Shown piece by piece: positions 30,101 to 40,248 of a stretch of DNA of 64,000 nt (the stretch's first letter is position 1; the number at the start of each line of letters is the position of its first letter). The DNA is from Candidatus Bathyarchaeia archaeon. GTDB taxonomy: Archaea; Thermoproteota; Bathyarchaeia; Bathyarchaeales; Bathycorpusculaceae. The notes below the pieces were generated by a model. The model was given only the letters and a program-made list of their open reading frames with translations. It made no database searches and was not told the origin of the DNA. Position numbers and translations under genes: made by a program. The stretch lies in NCBI GenBank assembly GCA_038882975.1, contig JAVZNE010000007.1:1-64000 (forward strand), written 5' to 3'.

Positions 30101-30840
30101 CGCTTTTCGAGGACTGGTATATCAGCAAAATATAGGCGAATTATGCCAGCTGATTCCGAATACGGCATTTCAAACAGCTTTTCATAAAACCCTCCAGCGG
30201 GAACGCTGAGTTCCTGCTCTGCTGAATACTGCGGAACATTTGAAGCGTTACAAAGTTCCAAATGTAACGGTCCGCTTAACGAAAAGGAAGCATTATTGGA
30301 GAAGCTTACTCGAAAGGATAGGTGCGTCCCGTTAAAATTGATTTGAGATATGCCTAAGTTGCTGAAGGGTGCGCCCCACTTGTAAGTAAAGTTTCTGGCG
30401 ACGTTAAGGGCTAGTATGTAAGCCACTCGGAAATGTAATGCAGCGCTAACATTCAAGTCTTTACTGTTTGTCAAGAGCCCCCTATCCCTTGAAAGCACAT
30501 CCGTTAGACTGACAGAGACGCTCAAATTAGACTCAACAACTCTTCCAGCTGGAATATCCAATGACTGCGTTGAAAGTCCTGCAATCTCCCCGTTCTCAGA
30601 ACATATTCGTATGTTCACATACAATTCAGAAATATCATAAAAGCCTGTATTATTCATGTAGAAGGTCACTGAAATAGAAAGGTTTCCATTTGACATAGAG
30701 AAAATGGGCTCTCCTATGGCGACATTATTCCTTGCCTCGAAAACCTTCCATAATGAAAGAGCCACGGTGATTGGTAGAAGTAAAACAGCTATCCATAGAA
30801 TCACAATTATTAATCTTAAGGCTTTAACTGTATGCCGCAA
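30085..30840 (-). CDS. Membrane-anchored protein with two beta-sandwich-like (LEA/WHy-like) repeats
   Basis: N-terminal TM; ISVTFYMNNTG and FRVSFSNNAS repeats; many N-x-S/T sequons. Confidence 0.65.
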   Translation of the reverse strand: MRHTVKALRLIIVILWIAVLLLPITVALSLWKVFEARNNVAIGEPIFSMSNGNLSISVTFYMNNTGFYDISELYVNIRICSENGEIAGLSTQSLDIPAGRVVESNLSVSVSLTDVLSRDRGLLTNSKDLNVSAALHFRVAYILALNVARNFTYKWGAPFSNLGISQINFNGTHLSFRVSFSNNASFSLSGPLHLELCNASNVPQYSAEQELSVPAGGFYEKLFEMPYSESAGIIRLYFADIPVLEKRWGSP

Positions 30841-30871
30841 TCCTAGACGCCTCTGCTCTTTTAAACTTCTT

Positions 30872-31237
30872 TTAGGCTTTAGTCGTCTGGATTTGTTGAG
30901 CTTGCTGAGGCGGAGGCGGTGGAGCTGGTTGGGGCGGCTGTTGAGGTTTTGGAGGAACCGGAGGAACCATTTTCGTTTTCGCCTCTTTGTAGAGTTGTAT
31001 GCCCCTCATTGTTGCTATTGAGCCTATCCAGCCCATTATGCCCAGGAACATGATTTTGATCACAGCCTCAACTATTGGTCCAAAAATTCGTCCTAACGCT
31101 TCTGAAATGTTTCCAGATGTTATTATACTTACAACAGATTCAAGTTTCAGATAAGCCACTACGAAGGTTATGACAAGCAAAAGCAAGCCTACAGCAATAA
31201 TGATGTATGCCACAAGTTCTGCCTTCTCAATTTTCAT
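30872..31237 (-). CDS. Two-TM hypothetical protein with Pro/Gln-rich tail
   Basis: ATG at 31237 after a GGTG SD; tail PPVPPKPQQPPQPAPPPPPQQAQQ. Confidence 0.7.
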   Translation of the reverse strand: MKIEKAELVAYIIIAVGLLLLVITFVVAYLKLESVVSIITSGNISEALGRIFGPIVEAVIKIMFLGIMGWIGSIATMRGIQLYKEAKTKMVPPVPPKPQQPPQPAPPPPPQQAQQIQTTKA

Positions 31238-31364
31238 TTTCACACCACTTATTCGCTTTAAGGCTATTTTACTCACGGCACTGGTATAAAAGCAATGTGA
31301 TGTTGTGATAATGATTTGCAAAAGTCTTAAGTGTTCTTGAAGCTGTGAGAATCACTGGGTCGGA

Positions 31365-32390
31365 ATGAAAGCAGCCGTTTATTATAGCCAGTTAGATATA
31401 AGAATCGAAGAAATGCCAATCCCTCAAATCAGCGATGATGAAGTTCTTGTTAAGATGAAGGCTTGCGGTATATGCGGCTCTGATTTAATGGATTGGTATC
31501 TCAAAAATCGTGCTCCGCTGGTTCTTGGGCACGAGCCGTCGGGCGTTATTGTTGAGAAGGGAAAAAATGTTAAAAGTTTCGATGTTGGCGACAGAGTTTT
31601 TGTTCACCATCATGTTGCGTGTTTGAAATGTCATTACTGCTTACGTGGCGATTACACCTTATGCGAGCAATTTCACAAGACAAACATTGTCCCGGGAGGT
31701 TTCGCAGAGTACTTCAGGGTTCCAGCTCCAAACCTCCAACTGGACACGCTTAAAATTCCAGAAAACCTATCCTTCGAAGAAGCCACTTTAATCGAGCCTG
31801 TTGGCTGCTGCATAAGAGCCATTAAAAAATGCGGCATTCATAAGGGCGATACTATCGCTGTGATAGGCGCTGGAGCAACAGGCATAATTCACACAGTTTT
31901 AGCCAAGATTTTTGGTGCTAGAAAGGTTATTGTAAGCGACTTAATTGACTTCCGCTTGAAATTTGCCGAAAAATTCGGAGCCGACGTCACCGTAAATCCA
32001 TTAAACCAAAATTTAGCCACAATCGTCAAGAGAGAAACTGGCGGTAGGGGCGTTGACCTAGCAATTATCACAGCTCCAAGCCTAGAAGCCTACAAGACTG
32101 GGCTGGGCATATGCAGAAAAGGCGGGAAACTCTGCGTTTTCGCCCCAACAGACCCTGGAAAAATTTTGGAAATAAGCCCAAAACAACTTTTCTTTAACGA
32201 GCTGCAGATAATTCCTTCCTATTCAACTTCCCATATAGAGACTAGGGAAGCCCTAGAGATGATAAAATCTGGAAAAATACGCGTGAAAGATTTGATAACC
32301 CACCGCTTTCCGCTTAAGGAAACCGCCAAAGCCTTTAAAACCGCTTTGGAAGATAAAGAGAGCCTAAAGGTCATTGTGTTGGGCAAGTGA
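31365..32390 (+). CDS. Zn-dependent medium-chain dehydrogenase (sorbitol/threonine DH-like)
   Basis: CGSD, GHE, CLKCHYC..C, GAGATG. Confidence 0.9.
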   Translation: MKAAVYYSQLDIRIEEMPIPQISDDEVLVKMKACGICGSDLMDWYLKNRAPLVLGHEPSGVIVEKGKNVKSFDVGDRVFVHHHVACLKCHYCLRGDYTLCEQFHKTNIVPGGFAEYFRVPAPNLQLDTLKIPENLSFEEATLIEPVGCCIRAIKKCGIHKGDTIAVIGAGATGIIHTVLAKIFGARKVIVSDLIDFRLKFAEKFGADVTVNPLNQNLATIVKRETGGRGVDLAIITAPSLEAYKTGLGICRKGGKLCVFAPTDPGKILEISPKQLFFNELQIIPSYSTSHIETREALEMIKSGKIRVKDLITHRFPLKETAKAFKTALEDKESLKVIVLGK

Positions 32391-33424
32391 AAATTATGAA
32401 GGCAGCCATGCTTTATGGGATTAAAGACTTACGAGTTGAGGATGTGGAAATTCCAAAAGTTGGAGCTGGCGAAGTTCTTGTGCGGGTTAAGGCTGCCACA
32501 ACATGCGGCACAGACCTTAAAATTTTCCAGCGGGGCTACGTTGAAAAGGTGATAAAGCTTCCAACAGTTTTTGGACATGAATGGGCAGGAGAGGTCGTAG
32601 AAGTCGGCGAAGGACTGGAATGGCCTAAAAAGGGCGTGAGGGTTCGCGCTGGCAACAGTGCCCCATGCCTACGCTGTTTCATGTGCGGTAAAGGCAAATA
32701 CAATCTTTGCGAGAACATGATTTGGCTCTGGGGAGCCTACGCCGAATACATAAAGGTCCCAGCCCACATGGTCCGCGTTAACATGCAGGAAATCCCATCG
32801 CATATATCTTATGAGGAGGCCGCCATAACGGAGCCTCTGGCATGCGTGCTCCACGGAGTTGAGGAGGCAAGGGTTAGGCTCGGTGACTCGGTGGCGGTTA
32901 TTGGAGCTGGACCCATAGGGCTTTTGCACCTTTTGACGGTTAAGAAGATGGGAGCTGAAAAAGTCATAATGATAGACCTCATTGATGAAAGGCTGGAATT
33001 CGCCAAAAAGCTTGGAGCGGATGAAACCATAAATGCTGGAAGGGAAAATGTCGAAGAAGCTGTTCGCAAGGTAACAAGCGGTTATGGAGCTGACGTCGTT
33101 ATTGAGGCTATTGGGCAGCCCCAAACGTGGGAGCAAGCCCTAAGGCTTGTAAGAAAGGGCGGAATAGTCCTAGAATTTGGCGGATGTCCACCCGGGGCGG
33201 AGGTGCGGTTTAACGCTGAAAAGCTCCATTATGGAGAAGTCACTGTGCTAGGCACTTTCCACGCGACACCCATACATTTTAGGAAAGCCCTAAACCTAAT
33301 AGCCTCGAAAACCATCAACGTGGCGCCCCTCATAACGCGAAAAATGTCTCTAGAAAAGATAGGGGAAGCCTTCGAAATGCTAGCCACATCAAAGAAGGAA
33401 ATAAAAATAGCCATACAACCATAA
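32387..33424 (+). CDS. Zn-dependent medium-chain dehydrogenase (second paralog)
   Basis: CGTD, GHE, CLRCFMC..C, EPLAC, GAGPIG. Confidence 0.9.
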   Translation: MKIMKAAMLYGIKDLRVEDVEIPKVGAGEVLVRVKAATTCGTDLKIFQRGYVEKVIKLPTVFGHEWAGEVVEVGEGLEWPKKGVRVRAGNSAPCLRCFMCGKGKYNLCENMIWLWGAYAEYIKVPAHMVRVNMQEIPSHISYEEAAITEPLACVLHGVEEARVRLGDSVAVIGAGPIGLLHLLTVKKMGAEKVIMIDLIDERLEFAKKLGADETINAGRENVEEAVRKVTSGYGADVVIEAIGQPQTWEQALRLVRKGGIVLEFGGCPPGAEVRFNAEKLHYGEVTVLGTFHATPIHFRKALNLIASKTINVAPLITRKMSLEKIGEAFEMLATSKKEIKIAIQP

Positions 33425-33447
33425 ACAACACATACAGTGACCGAGGC

Positions 33448-33846
33448 ATGGTTGAAGCCGAAGGCTACATTTTAAGAATAGCAAGAAAAGATTGGATTAA
33501 AAGAGTTTTTGACACAGCCATGTATTACACTGGCGCACGAAGAAAATGGAAGGCTGGACAAACAATACTATTTGTAGGGAAAACAGAATTCGGTGACTCC
33601 TTCATCGGCTATGGCATAGTAGAGAGGGTCTACGAGAAAGAGGAGCTTTCAGATGAGGAGCAGAGGGAATGTGAAACATATGGGTGGCGCAAAGCCCTCG
33701 AATTCAAATACCTCGTAAAATTTGAAAAGCCATTACCAGTTAGAGAGACATTCATAAAAGACTTGAGGCTTAGCGGGAAAACCCTCCACAGCTTGCCGCT
33801 TAAGGCAGAGAGGATAAAATCCATAATAAGCCAAGCCGAGGAGTGA
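33448..33846 (+). CDS. Hypothetical protein, PUA-superfamily (EVE/ASCH)-like
   Basis: WKAGQTILFV...FIGYGIV...KFEKPLP pattern. Confidence 0.55.
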   Translation: MVEAEGYILRIARKDWIKRVFDTAMYYTGARRKWKAGQTILFVGKTEFGDSFIGYGIVERVYEKEELSDEEQRECETYGWRKALEFKYLVKFEKPLPVRETFIKDLRLSGKTLHSLPLKAERIKSIISQAEE

Positions 33847-33848
33847 AG

Positions 33849-34478
33849 CTACCAGAAAGGCTGTATATATTCCCTAACCCTAAATTTTACGCCTATCTGC
33901 CTCGCAATTTCCTCTACTTTTTGGGTTTTAACTTCTGGAATTCTGACGGCTGTTATCTCCACTTCTAGAAGCTCCTTTGCCTTCTTAATGAATTCTATGA
34001 CGCTTTCAAATGCGTTTTCGAATATTGGTTTGCAGACTTGGTTGTAGGTGTCTTTGTCGTGGGCATTTAGGCTAACGCTTACCCTGTCGATGCCAGCCAT
34101 TTTCAACTCTTCAATAACCTTTCGCCCCTCATTAAGTAGGAGAGCTTGACCATTCGTGTCCACCCTTAACGTCACAATTTTTCCATAATGCGTCCTTATC
34201 CATCTGCTAACTTCCAAAACGCAGTCAAGCCTCATTAGAGGCTCTCCGAAACCGCAGAAAACAATTTCACGCCAATTCCGCCAATTTATGACATCTTCAA
34301 GCTCTGCAAATATTTCGTTGACGGTGGGTTCTCTTTCAATTTTTAGGTTAAACCCTCCTACACCCTCTCGAAAGTTTTTCAGACAGAAGTAACAGTTGTT
34401 GGAGCACCTATTTGTTATGTTAAGGTATAGATTTTCTCCAAGCCAGTAAACAATGCTTGGATGCTTTTTAGCCGCCAT
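33849..34478 (-). CDS. TatD-associated-type radical SAM protein
   Basis: LYLNITNRCSNNCYFC, EIVFCGFGEP, RVDTNGQ, SVSLNA. Confidence 0.88.
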   Translation of the reverse strand: MAAKKHPSIVYWLGENLYLNITNRCSNNCYFCLKNFREGVGGFNLKIEREPTVNEIFAELEDVINWRNWREIVFCGFGEPLMRLDCVLEVSRWIRTHYGKIVTLRVDTNGQALLLNEGRKVIEELKMAGIDRVSVSLNAHDKDTYNQVCKPIFENAFESVIEFIKKAKELLEVEITAVRIPEVKTQKVEEIARQIGVKFRVREYIQPFW

Positions 34479-34600
34479 CGCGTTTTCTCCACTTTAACTA
34501 GTGGCAATTTTACGAAATAAAAGTTAGGCGGAACATGCAAGAATAAATTTAAAAGCAGATGCGAGGCTTATGGTTTTGTTATTACAAGGGGCAGAAGTGC

Positions 34601-36226
34601 ATGGTTAAATACATTTTTGTGACGGGCGGCGTTTTAAGCTCCGTTGGTAAGGGTATTGTAACTTCATCTATTGGAAAGATGCTTCAAGCCAGAGGGTTTA
34701 AGGTTACCGCCATAAAAATCGACCCTTACGTGAATGTTGACGCTGGAACCATGAACCCATACATGCACGGTGAAGTTTATGTGACAGACGATGGCGGGGA
34801 AACAGACTTGGACTTGGGTTGGTATGAACGTTTCTTAGACTTAAACTTGAAAAGGGAGAACAACATCACCACGGGTATCGTTTACAAGGCTGTTATTGAA
34901 AAGGAACGGCGGGGCGACTTCCTCGGAAGATGCGTCCAAATAGTGCCCCATGTGACTAATGAGATAAAGAGCCGAATAAGGAATGTGGCTTTAAACGCGA
35001 AGGTTGATGTTGCTCTAACAGAGGTTGGCGGAACCGTAGGCGACATTGAAGGCTTACCCTTCCTTGAGGCTATAAGGCAGATGCGCCTTGAAGAAGGCTA
35101 TGAAAACACTTTGTACGTGCATGTTGCCCTAGTCCCAATATTGGACGTTACAAAGGAGATGAAGACAAAACCCTTACAGCACAGCGTCAACGAGTTAAGG
35201 CGAATAGGCATACAACCAGACATAATAGTGGCAAGATGCTCCAAAATGATAGATTCAGAAGCCTTGAGAAAAATAGCCTTGTTCGGCACAATTCCGGAGA
35301 ACGCCGTTTTCTGCTCATACAACGTTGAATCCATCTATCAGGTTCCGCTAATCCTCGACGAGCAGGGAATGGGCAGCTTCATATGCAAGAGGCTTGGGCT
35401 TCCGGAACACAAACCAAACTTTGAAGACTGGAGGAAGTTCGTTAGTGCTGTACTGAACCCGGAACACGAGGTCAAAATAGCCTTGGTGGGCAAATATGCC
35501 GGACTAGCAGATAGCTATGTAAGCATGAGTGAGGCACTGCGCCACGGTGGTGCGGCATGCAAAACAAAAGTGGACATCCACTACATGGAAGCAGAAACCT
35601 TCGAGAGAAACCCCAACAAGGTTCAAATGCTGAAAGAATTTGATGGAATCTTCGTCCCGTATGGTTTCGGTCCAAGGGGAACTGAAGGAAAAATTATGGC
35701 TATAAAATTTGCAAGAGAAAACAACATACCGTTTCTGGGCATATGCTATGGCTTCCAATTAGCCGTTGTGGAATTTGCCAGAAATGTATGCGGCTTTGAG
35801 AAGGCAAACAGCACAGAAATAGACCCAAACACACCCCATCCAGTGATAGACCTAATGCCGGAGCAGAAGGGCATAGAATATAAGGGCGCAACCATGCGCC
35901 TCGGAGCCCACAAAATAGTCATAAAACCAAACACCACGGCGCATATGCTATACAAAAGCGAGGAGGTTTATGAGCGCCACCGCCACAGATTCGAAGTCAA
36001 CATGGACTATGTCGAAAAGCTGGAAAAGAATGGCTTGGTTTTCTCTGGGAGAAGCCCAGACGGAAGGAGAATGGAAATCCTAGAACTGCCCAACCACTTC
36101 TTCTTTTTCGCATCCCAATTTCACGGGGAATTCAAAAGCCGCCCGGGAAAGCCAGACCCAGAATATTACGGCTTTGTCAAGGCTTGCTTGGACAGGAAGC
36201 TTGGAAAGACTAAACCCGAATTCTAG
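34601..36226 (+). CDS. pyrG: CTP synthase
   Basis: [44 protein letters not shown] at 34601. Confidence 0.97.
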   Translation: MVKYIFVTGGVLSSVGKGIVTSSIGKMLQARGFKVTAIKIDPYVNVDAGTMNPYMHGEVYVTDDGGETDLDLGWYERFLDLNLKRENNITTGIVYKAVIEKERRGDFLGRCVQIVPHVTNEIKSRIRNVALNAKVDVALTEVGGTVGDIEGLPFLEAIRQMRLEEGYENTLYVHVALVPILDVTKEMKTKPLQHSVNELRRIGIQPDIIVARCSKMIDSEALRKIALFGTIPENAVFCSYNVESIYQVPLILDEQGMGSFICKRLGLPEHKPNFEDWRKFVSAVLNPEHEVKIALVGKYAGLADSYVSMSEALRHGGAACKTKVDIHYMEAETFERNPNKVQMLKEFDGIFVPYGFGPRGTEGKIMAIKFARENNIPFLGICYGFQLAVVEFARNVCGFEKANSTEIDPNTPHPVIDLMPEQKGIEYKGATMRLGAHKIVIKPNTTAHMLYKSEEVYERHRHRFEVNMDYVEKLEKNGLVFSGRSPDGRRMEILELPNHFFFFASQFHGEFKSRPGKPDPEYYGFVKACLDRKLGKTKPEF

Positions 36227-36227
36227 C

Positions 36228-36782
36228 TTAGAGACCTATTTCTTTGGCTATCCCTTTCAACCCGTTTAGGGCTATTTCAAAAAACTGCTCCCTTTGAAGC
36301 CCAATTTCCTCACAGAGCAAAATTCTCTCTCTGTCAGCGCCCCTTGCGAAGTCCTTATCCTTAAACTTTTTTGCAACGGTTTCCACTTTCACTTCTTCCA
36401 ACTTTTTGGAAGGCATTACAAGGGCGCATGCCACCAGCAAGCCTGAAATGGCGTCGCTGGCGATTAGGGCTTTCTCCATTCTGCTTTCAGGCTTTACACC
36501 AGTATGTTTAAAGTTATGGGCTTTTATCGCTCTTAAAAGTTCTTCGGGCAAAATGTCTCTAAGAATTTGCTCGGCAACTAGACTGTGCCTTTCCGGCGTA
36601 GCTTCGGTTTTTTCATAGTCAATGTCGTGGATTAAGCCCACCAAACCCCATTTTTCCTCGTCTTCATTAAAATGTCTTGCAAGGCTTCGCATTATGGCTT
36701 CAACGGCAAGCATATGATAAACAATGTTTCTTTTAGAGACATGCTGTTTGACAAGGTTTAGGGCTTCCTCACGCTTGAGCAA
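36228..36782 (-). CDS. HD-domain (HDIG-type) phosphohydrolase
   Basis: H...GLIHDIDYE...AHN...D; KKFKDKDFARG. Confidence 0.88.
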   Translation of the reverse strand: MLKREEALNLVKQHVSKRNIVYHMLAVEAIMRSLARHFNEDEEKWGLVGLIHDIDYEKTEATPERHSLVAEQILRDILPEELLRAIKAHNFKHTGVKPESRMEKALIASDAISGLLVACALVMPSKKLEEVKVETVAKKFKDKDFARGADRERILLCEEIGLQREQFFEIALNGLKGIAKEIGL

Positions 36783-36814
36783 TGGGACATCACTAGGCTA
36801 GGCATTTTTATGTT

Positions 36815-37726
36815 TTAGCCATTTAAGCCTTCTCCGTAAATCTGGTCTGGAGCCAGCACCTCTGGAAACTTGCTCCGCAGCATTTGCCTTGCAGTATAGC
36901 ACAAGTGGCATGCGTCCGCATAAAATTCGTCATGGGGCAAGCAGTACCTTTCAACAAGCGCCACCGGACCGCCACGAACTAATGGTTCAAGTATAGGATT
37001 AGCGTAGGGGTCATATTCCTCAATTATCCTTGACAAGGGTTTCTGCCAAGCATTTCCTATAGATATCCCTTGACAAACATGAATGTATCCAAAGGGATCT
37101 ATGTGAACCCTTTCCTGTTTAACAAAATCCTCATAGGGACATTTTGTAAATTCACGCCAAAACCGCTTTTCAGCCTTACAAGCCAATTTGGAACAAGCCC
37201 TACCACGATACATGAGCTCGTATAAGCCAACCTTAACTCCATCAACTTCCGCGGGGCATGGAGCTTCCGCATGGGGGCATTTGATGGCCATTACTCCAAC
37301 CTTCATGTTAAGGGCTTTTGCAGCACTCACAGCGTTTTTAACCTCTCCTGTTATCCATCTCTCGCCATGATATGGGTCGCTGCTTAGACTTAACTTCACG
37401 TCTTCTGCCTTGGCTATCGGCAGAAGCCACTCAACAGCGTCTTCAACACATGTAGCCCAGTAACAATTTGAAAGGACCTCAACATGCAAGCCAAGCTCAA
37501 CGCTTCTATTCACAGTCTTAACCATTACTGGGTAATAGAGGAATGGCTCACCACCTTCTATTGAGATATAGCTAACTGAGCCGATTTTCCTAGCCTCCGC
37601 CAATATTTCGCCGACTTGTTTAAAGGTAAATGTTCCCTTTGCCTTTGGACTTCCCCAAACAAAGCAGTGGTCACATTCAACATCACAACGATATGTGAGA
37701 AGAAGGTGAACACCCTTCAACTCCAT
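36815..37726 (-). CDS. Radical SAM protein with Cys-rich C-terminus (SPASM/twitch-like)
   Basis: CDVECDHC, GGEPF, HVCQG, ACHLC. Start set at the ATG at 37726. Confidence 0.85.
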   Translation of the reverse strand: MELKGVHLLLTYRCDVECDHCFVWGSPKAKGTFTFKQVGEILAEARKIGSVSYISIEGGEPFLYYPVMVKTVNRSVELGLHVEVLSNCYWATCVEDAVEWLLPIAKAEDVKLSLSSDPYHGERWITGEVKNAVSAAKALNMKVGVMAIKCPHAEAPCPAEVDGVKVGLYELMYRGRACSKLACKAEKRFWREFTKCPYEDFVKQERVHIDPFGYIHVCQGISIGNAWQKPLSRIIEEYDPYANPILEPLVRGGPVALVERYCLPHDEFYADACHLCYTARQMLRSKFPEVLAPDQIYGEGLNG

Positions 37727-37854
37727 GCAAACACCAACGCCATAATATGGCTTAAGTACTATTTTGAGGTTGCTAAAAGCCGCCAACATGGAGTTGGGTA
37801 AAGTATATAATGTGGCTACGAGATTTTGTGCGTCATTGTGAGATGTAAGCGCAG

Positions 37855-38940
37855 ATGGCTTCCGCCAAACCAAAAATCACATGGAAAACCTTAATCATGC
37901 TTTTGGTTGGCATAATAGCCTTCGTCCTATACCTTTTCATACTACGTGTAGACATACCAGAAATCATCGCGAAAATTCAAAATGTAAACATGCCATTATA
38001 TTTGTTAGCTGCTTCGCTTATTTTCGTTGAAATGTTTCTTTATTCGCTGGCTTGGCACTCTCTGCTTAGCTTTCTTTCAGTGAAACTTTCAGTGTTGAAA
38101 TCTTACTTGTATGTTTGGTATGGAAACTTTATGGACATAATAATTCCAGCTGAATCCATAAGCGGGGAAATATCTAGGGCGTATTTAATCACAAGAGAGC
38201 AGGGAAACTCCGTAAGCGGAAAGGTTGCCGCATCCCTAGTAGCCCACAGGCTAATAGGCATGAGCGTAGGCGCCGCAACAATTGGAACTGGAACAATAAT
38301 GCTTCTAATGGCGCCTGTTAACCCACTAATTTTTAATTTAAGCGTCTTCGTCACCGCAGCAACAATATTCTTCATCCTTTTACTTGTCATATTATGTGTT
38401 AAAATAAATTGGACCTTAAAGATCATAGACCGCCTAATCAAAATTATCGAATTTGTTGGTAAAGGCCGATGGAAATCGAGGCTAGCGAAGGCGAAGGAGG
38501 ATGCCTTTAAAATTGTTGGAATGTTCCACGATTCAATGAAGGAATATGCCCGCGCGCCCAACGTCGTCTTAACATCCATACTGTTGTCCGCGTTTTCGTG
38601 GCTCTCTTATTTGGCTATCTGCTACATAGTTTTTCTAGCCTTGGGTTTTGATAAACCTCCCTTGGACATGATTAGCATTATTTTCGTGACGCAATCCATA
38701 ACAACGGCTATAAAGTCCATTCCCATAGGCATTCCTTTTGAGGTTGGGCTGCCAGAAATAACCATGACGACGCTTTACGTGGTTTTCGGCATACCGTTTG
38801 ACGTGAGCGCAACAGCAACGATTCTCACTAGGATTTTGTCGCTTTGGATGAAGTTCTTCGTTGGATTTGCAATCCAACAATGGGTTGAAATCTCAGCGAT
38901 AAAGGCGTCGCTTAAAGCTGCCAAAACCGATAAAGGCTAA
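37855..38940 (+). CDS. Lysylphosphatidylglycerol-synthase TM / flippase-like membrane protein (UPF0104/AglD2-like)
   Basis: IIPAESISGEISR and PFEVGLPE motifs; many TM helices. Confidence 0.8.
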   Translation: MASAKPKITWKTLIMLLVGIIAFVLYLFILRVDIPEIIAKIQNVNMPLYLLAASLIFVEMFLYSLAWHSLLSFLSVKLSVLKSYLYVWYGNFMDIIIPAESISGEISRAYLITREQGNSVSGKVAASLVAHRLIGMSVGAATIGTGTIMLLMAPVNPLIFNLSVFVTAATIFFILLLVILCVKINWTLKIIDRLIKIIEFVGKGRWKSRLAKAKEDAFKIVGMFHDSMKEYARAPNVVLTSILLSAFSWLSYLAICYIVFLALGFDKPPLDMISIIFVTQSITTAIKSIPIGIPFEVGLPEITMTTLYVVFGIPFDVSATATILTRILSLWMKFFVGFAIQQWVEISAIKASLKAAKTDKG

Positions 38941-38964
38941 ATTTCGCCTGTCCCCTCTTTTTAA

Positions 38965-39435
38965 TTGAAGGTGTTAGAGACGGTAAAGATCGAAGATGCC
39001 TCAATAAAGCATCTGGACAAACTTTTTGAGATCGAGATGGAATGTTTTAAGAGTGAAGCCTTCACAAAACAGCAAATAGCCCAACTACTCCAAAATCAGA
39101 ACTGCATAAGCCTAGTTGCAAAGGAAAACGACAAAATCATAGGATTCATCATAGGAATGATCTACGTTGAAGACGACGTTTTAACTGGGCATATATTGAC
39201 CATAGATGTTTCCCCAAGCCACCGCCGCAAAGGCGTAGGAATCAAATTACTGCAAGAATTGGAGGAAATCTTCAGAGATAGGCAAGTGAAGGTTTCCCGC
39301 CTGGAGGTTAGGGAGGACAACGTTGCAGCATTAAGCCTTTACCAAAAGTTTGGTTATAAGAAAATTGGGAGGCTACAACATTATTATGTGGACGCCCACG
39401 GAATACTTCTTGAAAAGGTGTTAGTTAAGCCTTAA
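38965..39435 (+). CDS. rimI: RimI/Ard1-like N-acetyltransferase
   Basis: HILTIDVSPSHRRKGVG, LEVREDN, LYQKFGY, HYY. Confidence 0.85.
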   Translation: MKVLETVKIEDASIKHLDKLFEIEMECFKSEAFTKQQIAQLLQNQNCISLVAKENDKIIGFIIGMIYVEDDVLTGHILTIDVSPSHRRKGVGIKLLQELEEIFRDRQVKVSRLEVREDNVAALSLYQKFGYKKIGRLQHYYVDAHGILLEKVLVKP

Positions 39436-39846
39436 GAGCTTAAGCTTTGTCTTCCCATCAAAAATCCTCTGTAAGTTTAAGCCTACACCCTCGATTATGG
39501 CGAGCTCTGCTGTGACGCCGACAACCGAGCCTTGCATCAAATGGCCGCCAAAGGCCTTGCCATTTTTGTCCGTGACAACTATGTGTGCATGAATTACTGT
39601 TTCGCCTTTCTCGTCGACGGCAATATTCCCAGCGCATGAGGCAATTTCCAACGGCCCGTCTAACCGAATGTGTTTGTATTCGCCCTCCTTGTAGTAGCCA
39701 AGTACAGCAGTTTTTAGGCTTCCAATAACAGTTATTAAACCAGCCTTCACTCCGCTTTTTTCAGCTCTTTGTTTGATAGCGTCTGCCAAATCTTCATCTT
39801 CAAGTATTCGTGAGAAAATTATCCTTCCAATTTTTCCTTCCAACAC
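39421..39846 (-). CDS. PPC/DUF296 domain protein
   Basis: IGSL, LEIASCAGN, HAHIV, GGHL. Confidence 0.88.
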   Translation of the reverse strand: MLEGKIGRIIFSRILEDEDLADAIKQRAEKSGVKAGLITVIGSLKTAVLGYYKEGEYKHIRLDGPLEIASCAGNIAVDEKGETVIHAHIVVTDKNGKAFGGHLMQGSVVGVTAELAIIEGVGLNLQRIFDGKTKLKLLRLN

Positions 39847-39941
39847 GGTGCTCAGCCTCGATGTAAGCTAACATCGTTGAAATTTTAATATATAGATTTC
39901 TAGAAGGGTAACGTAAACTCTAAAAGTATCAACGTTCTAAT

Positions 39942-40223
39942 TTGGATATGAGGATAGGCTTGAAGGAAAAGCGGAAGAAGGATAGGGGAAGGTTCAGAAG
40001 GGCAATAGTCGTGCTTATCCGTAACACTACTTGGAGATGTGGAAAACTTGAGAGATCAATAGTTAGGCATCTTCACAAGGAAAGCACTGGCCTTGGAAAA
40101 CCTTGGATGCCTTTGACGGATATGCTTCAAAGCTTCAAGCTGTCTGGAAAAAAACGTAACGAGTTTTTAGATGCTATAAAAAGGCTGGAGAGAAGGAATA
40201 TAGTAAAAATCCTAAGTATGTGA
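39942..40223 (+). CDS. Small basic hypothetical protein (possible wHTH)
   Basis: 93 aa, Lys/Arg-rich; FLDAIKRLERRNIVKI. Confidence 0.6.
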   Translation: MDMRIGLKEKRKKDRGRFRRAIVVLIRNTTWRCGKLERSIVRHLHKESTGLGKPWMPLTDMLQSFKLSGKKRNEFLDAIKRLERRNIVKILSM

Positions 40224-40248
40224 ACTTTGCTTTTTAGAGAGTTTCCCT

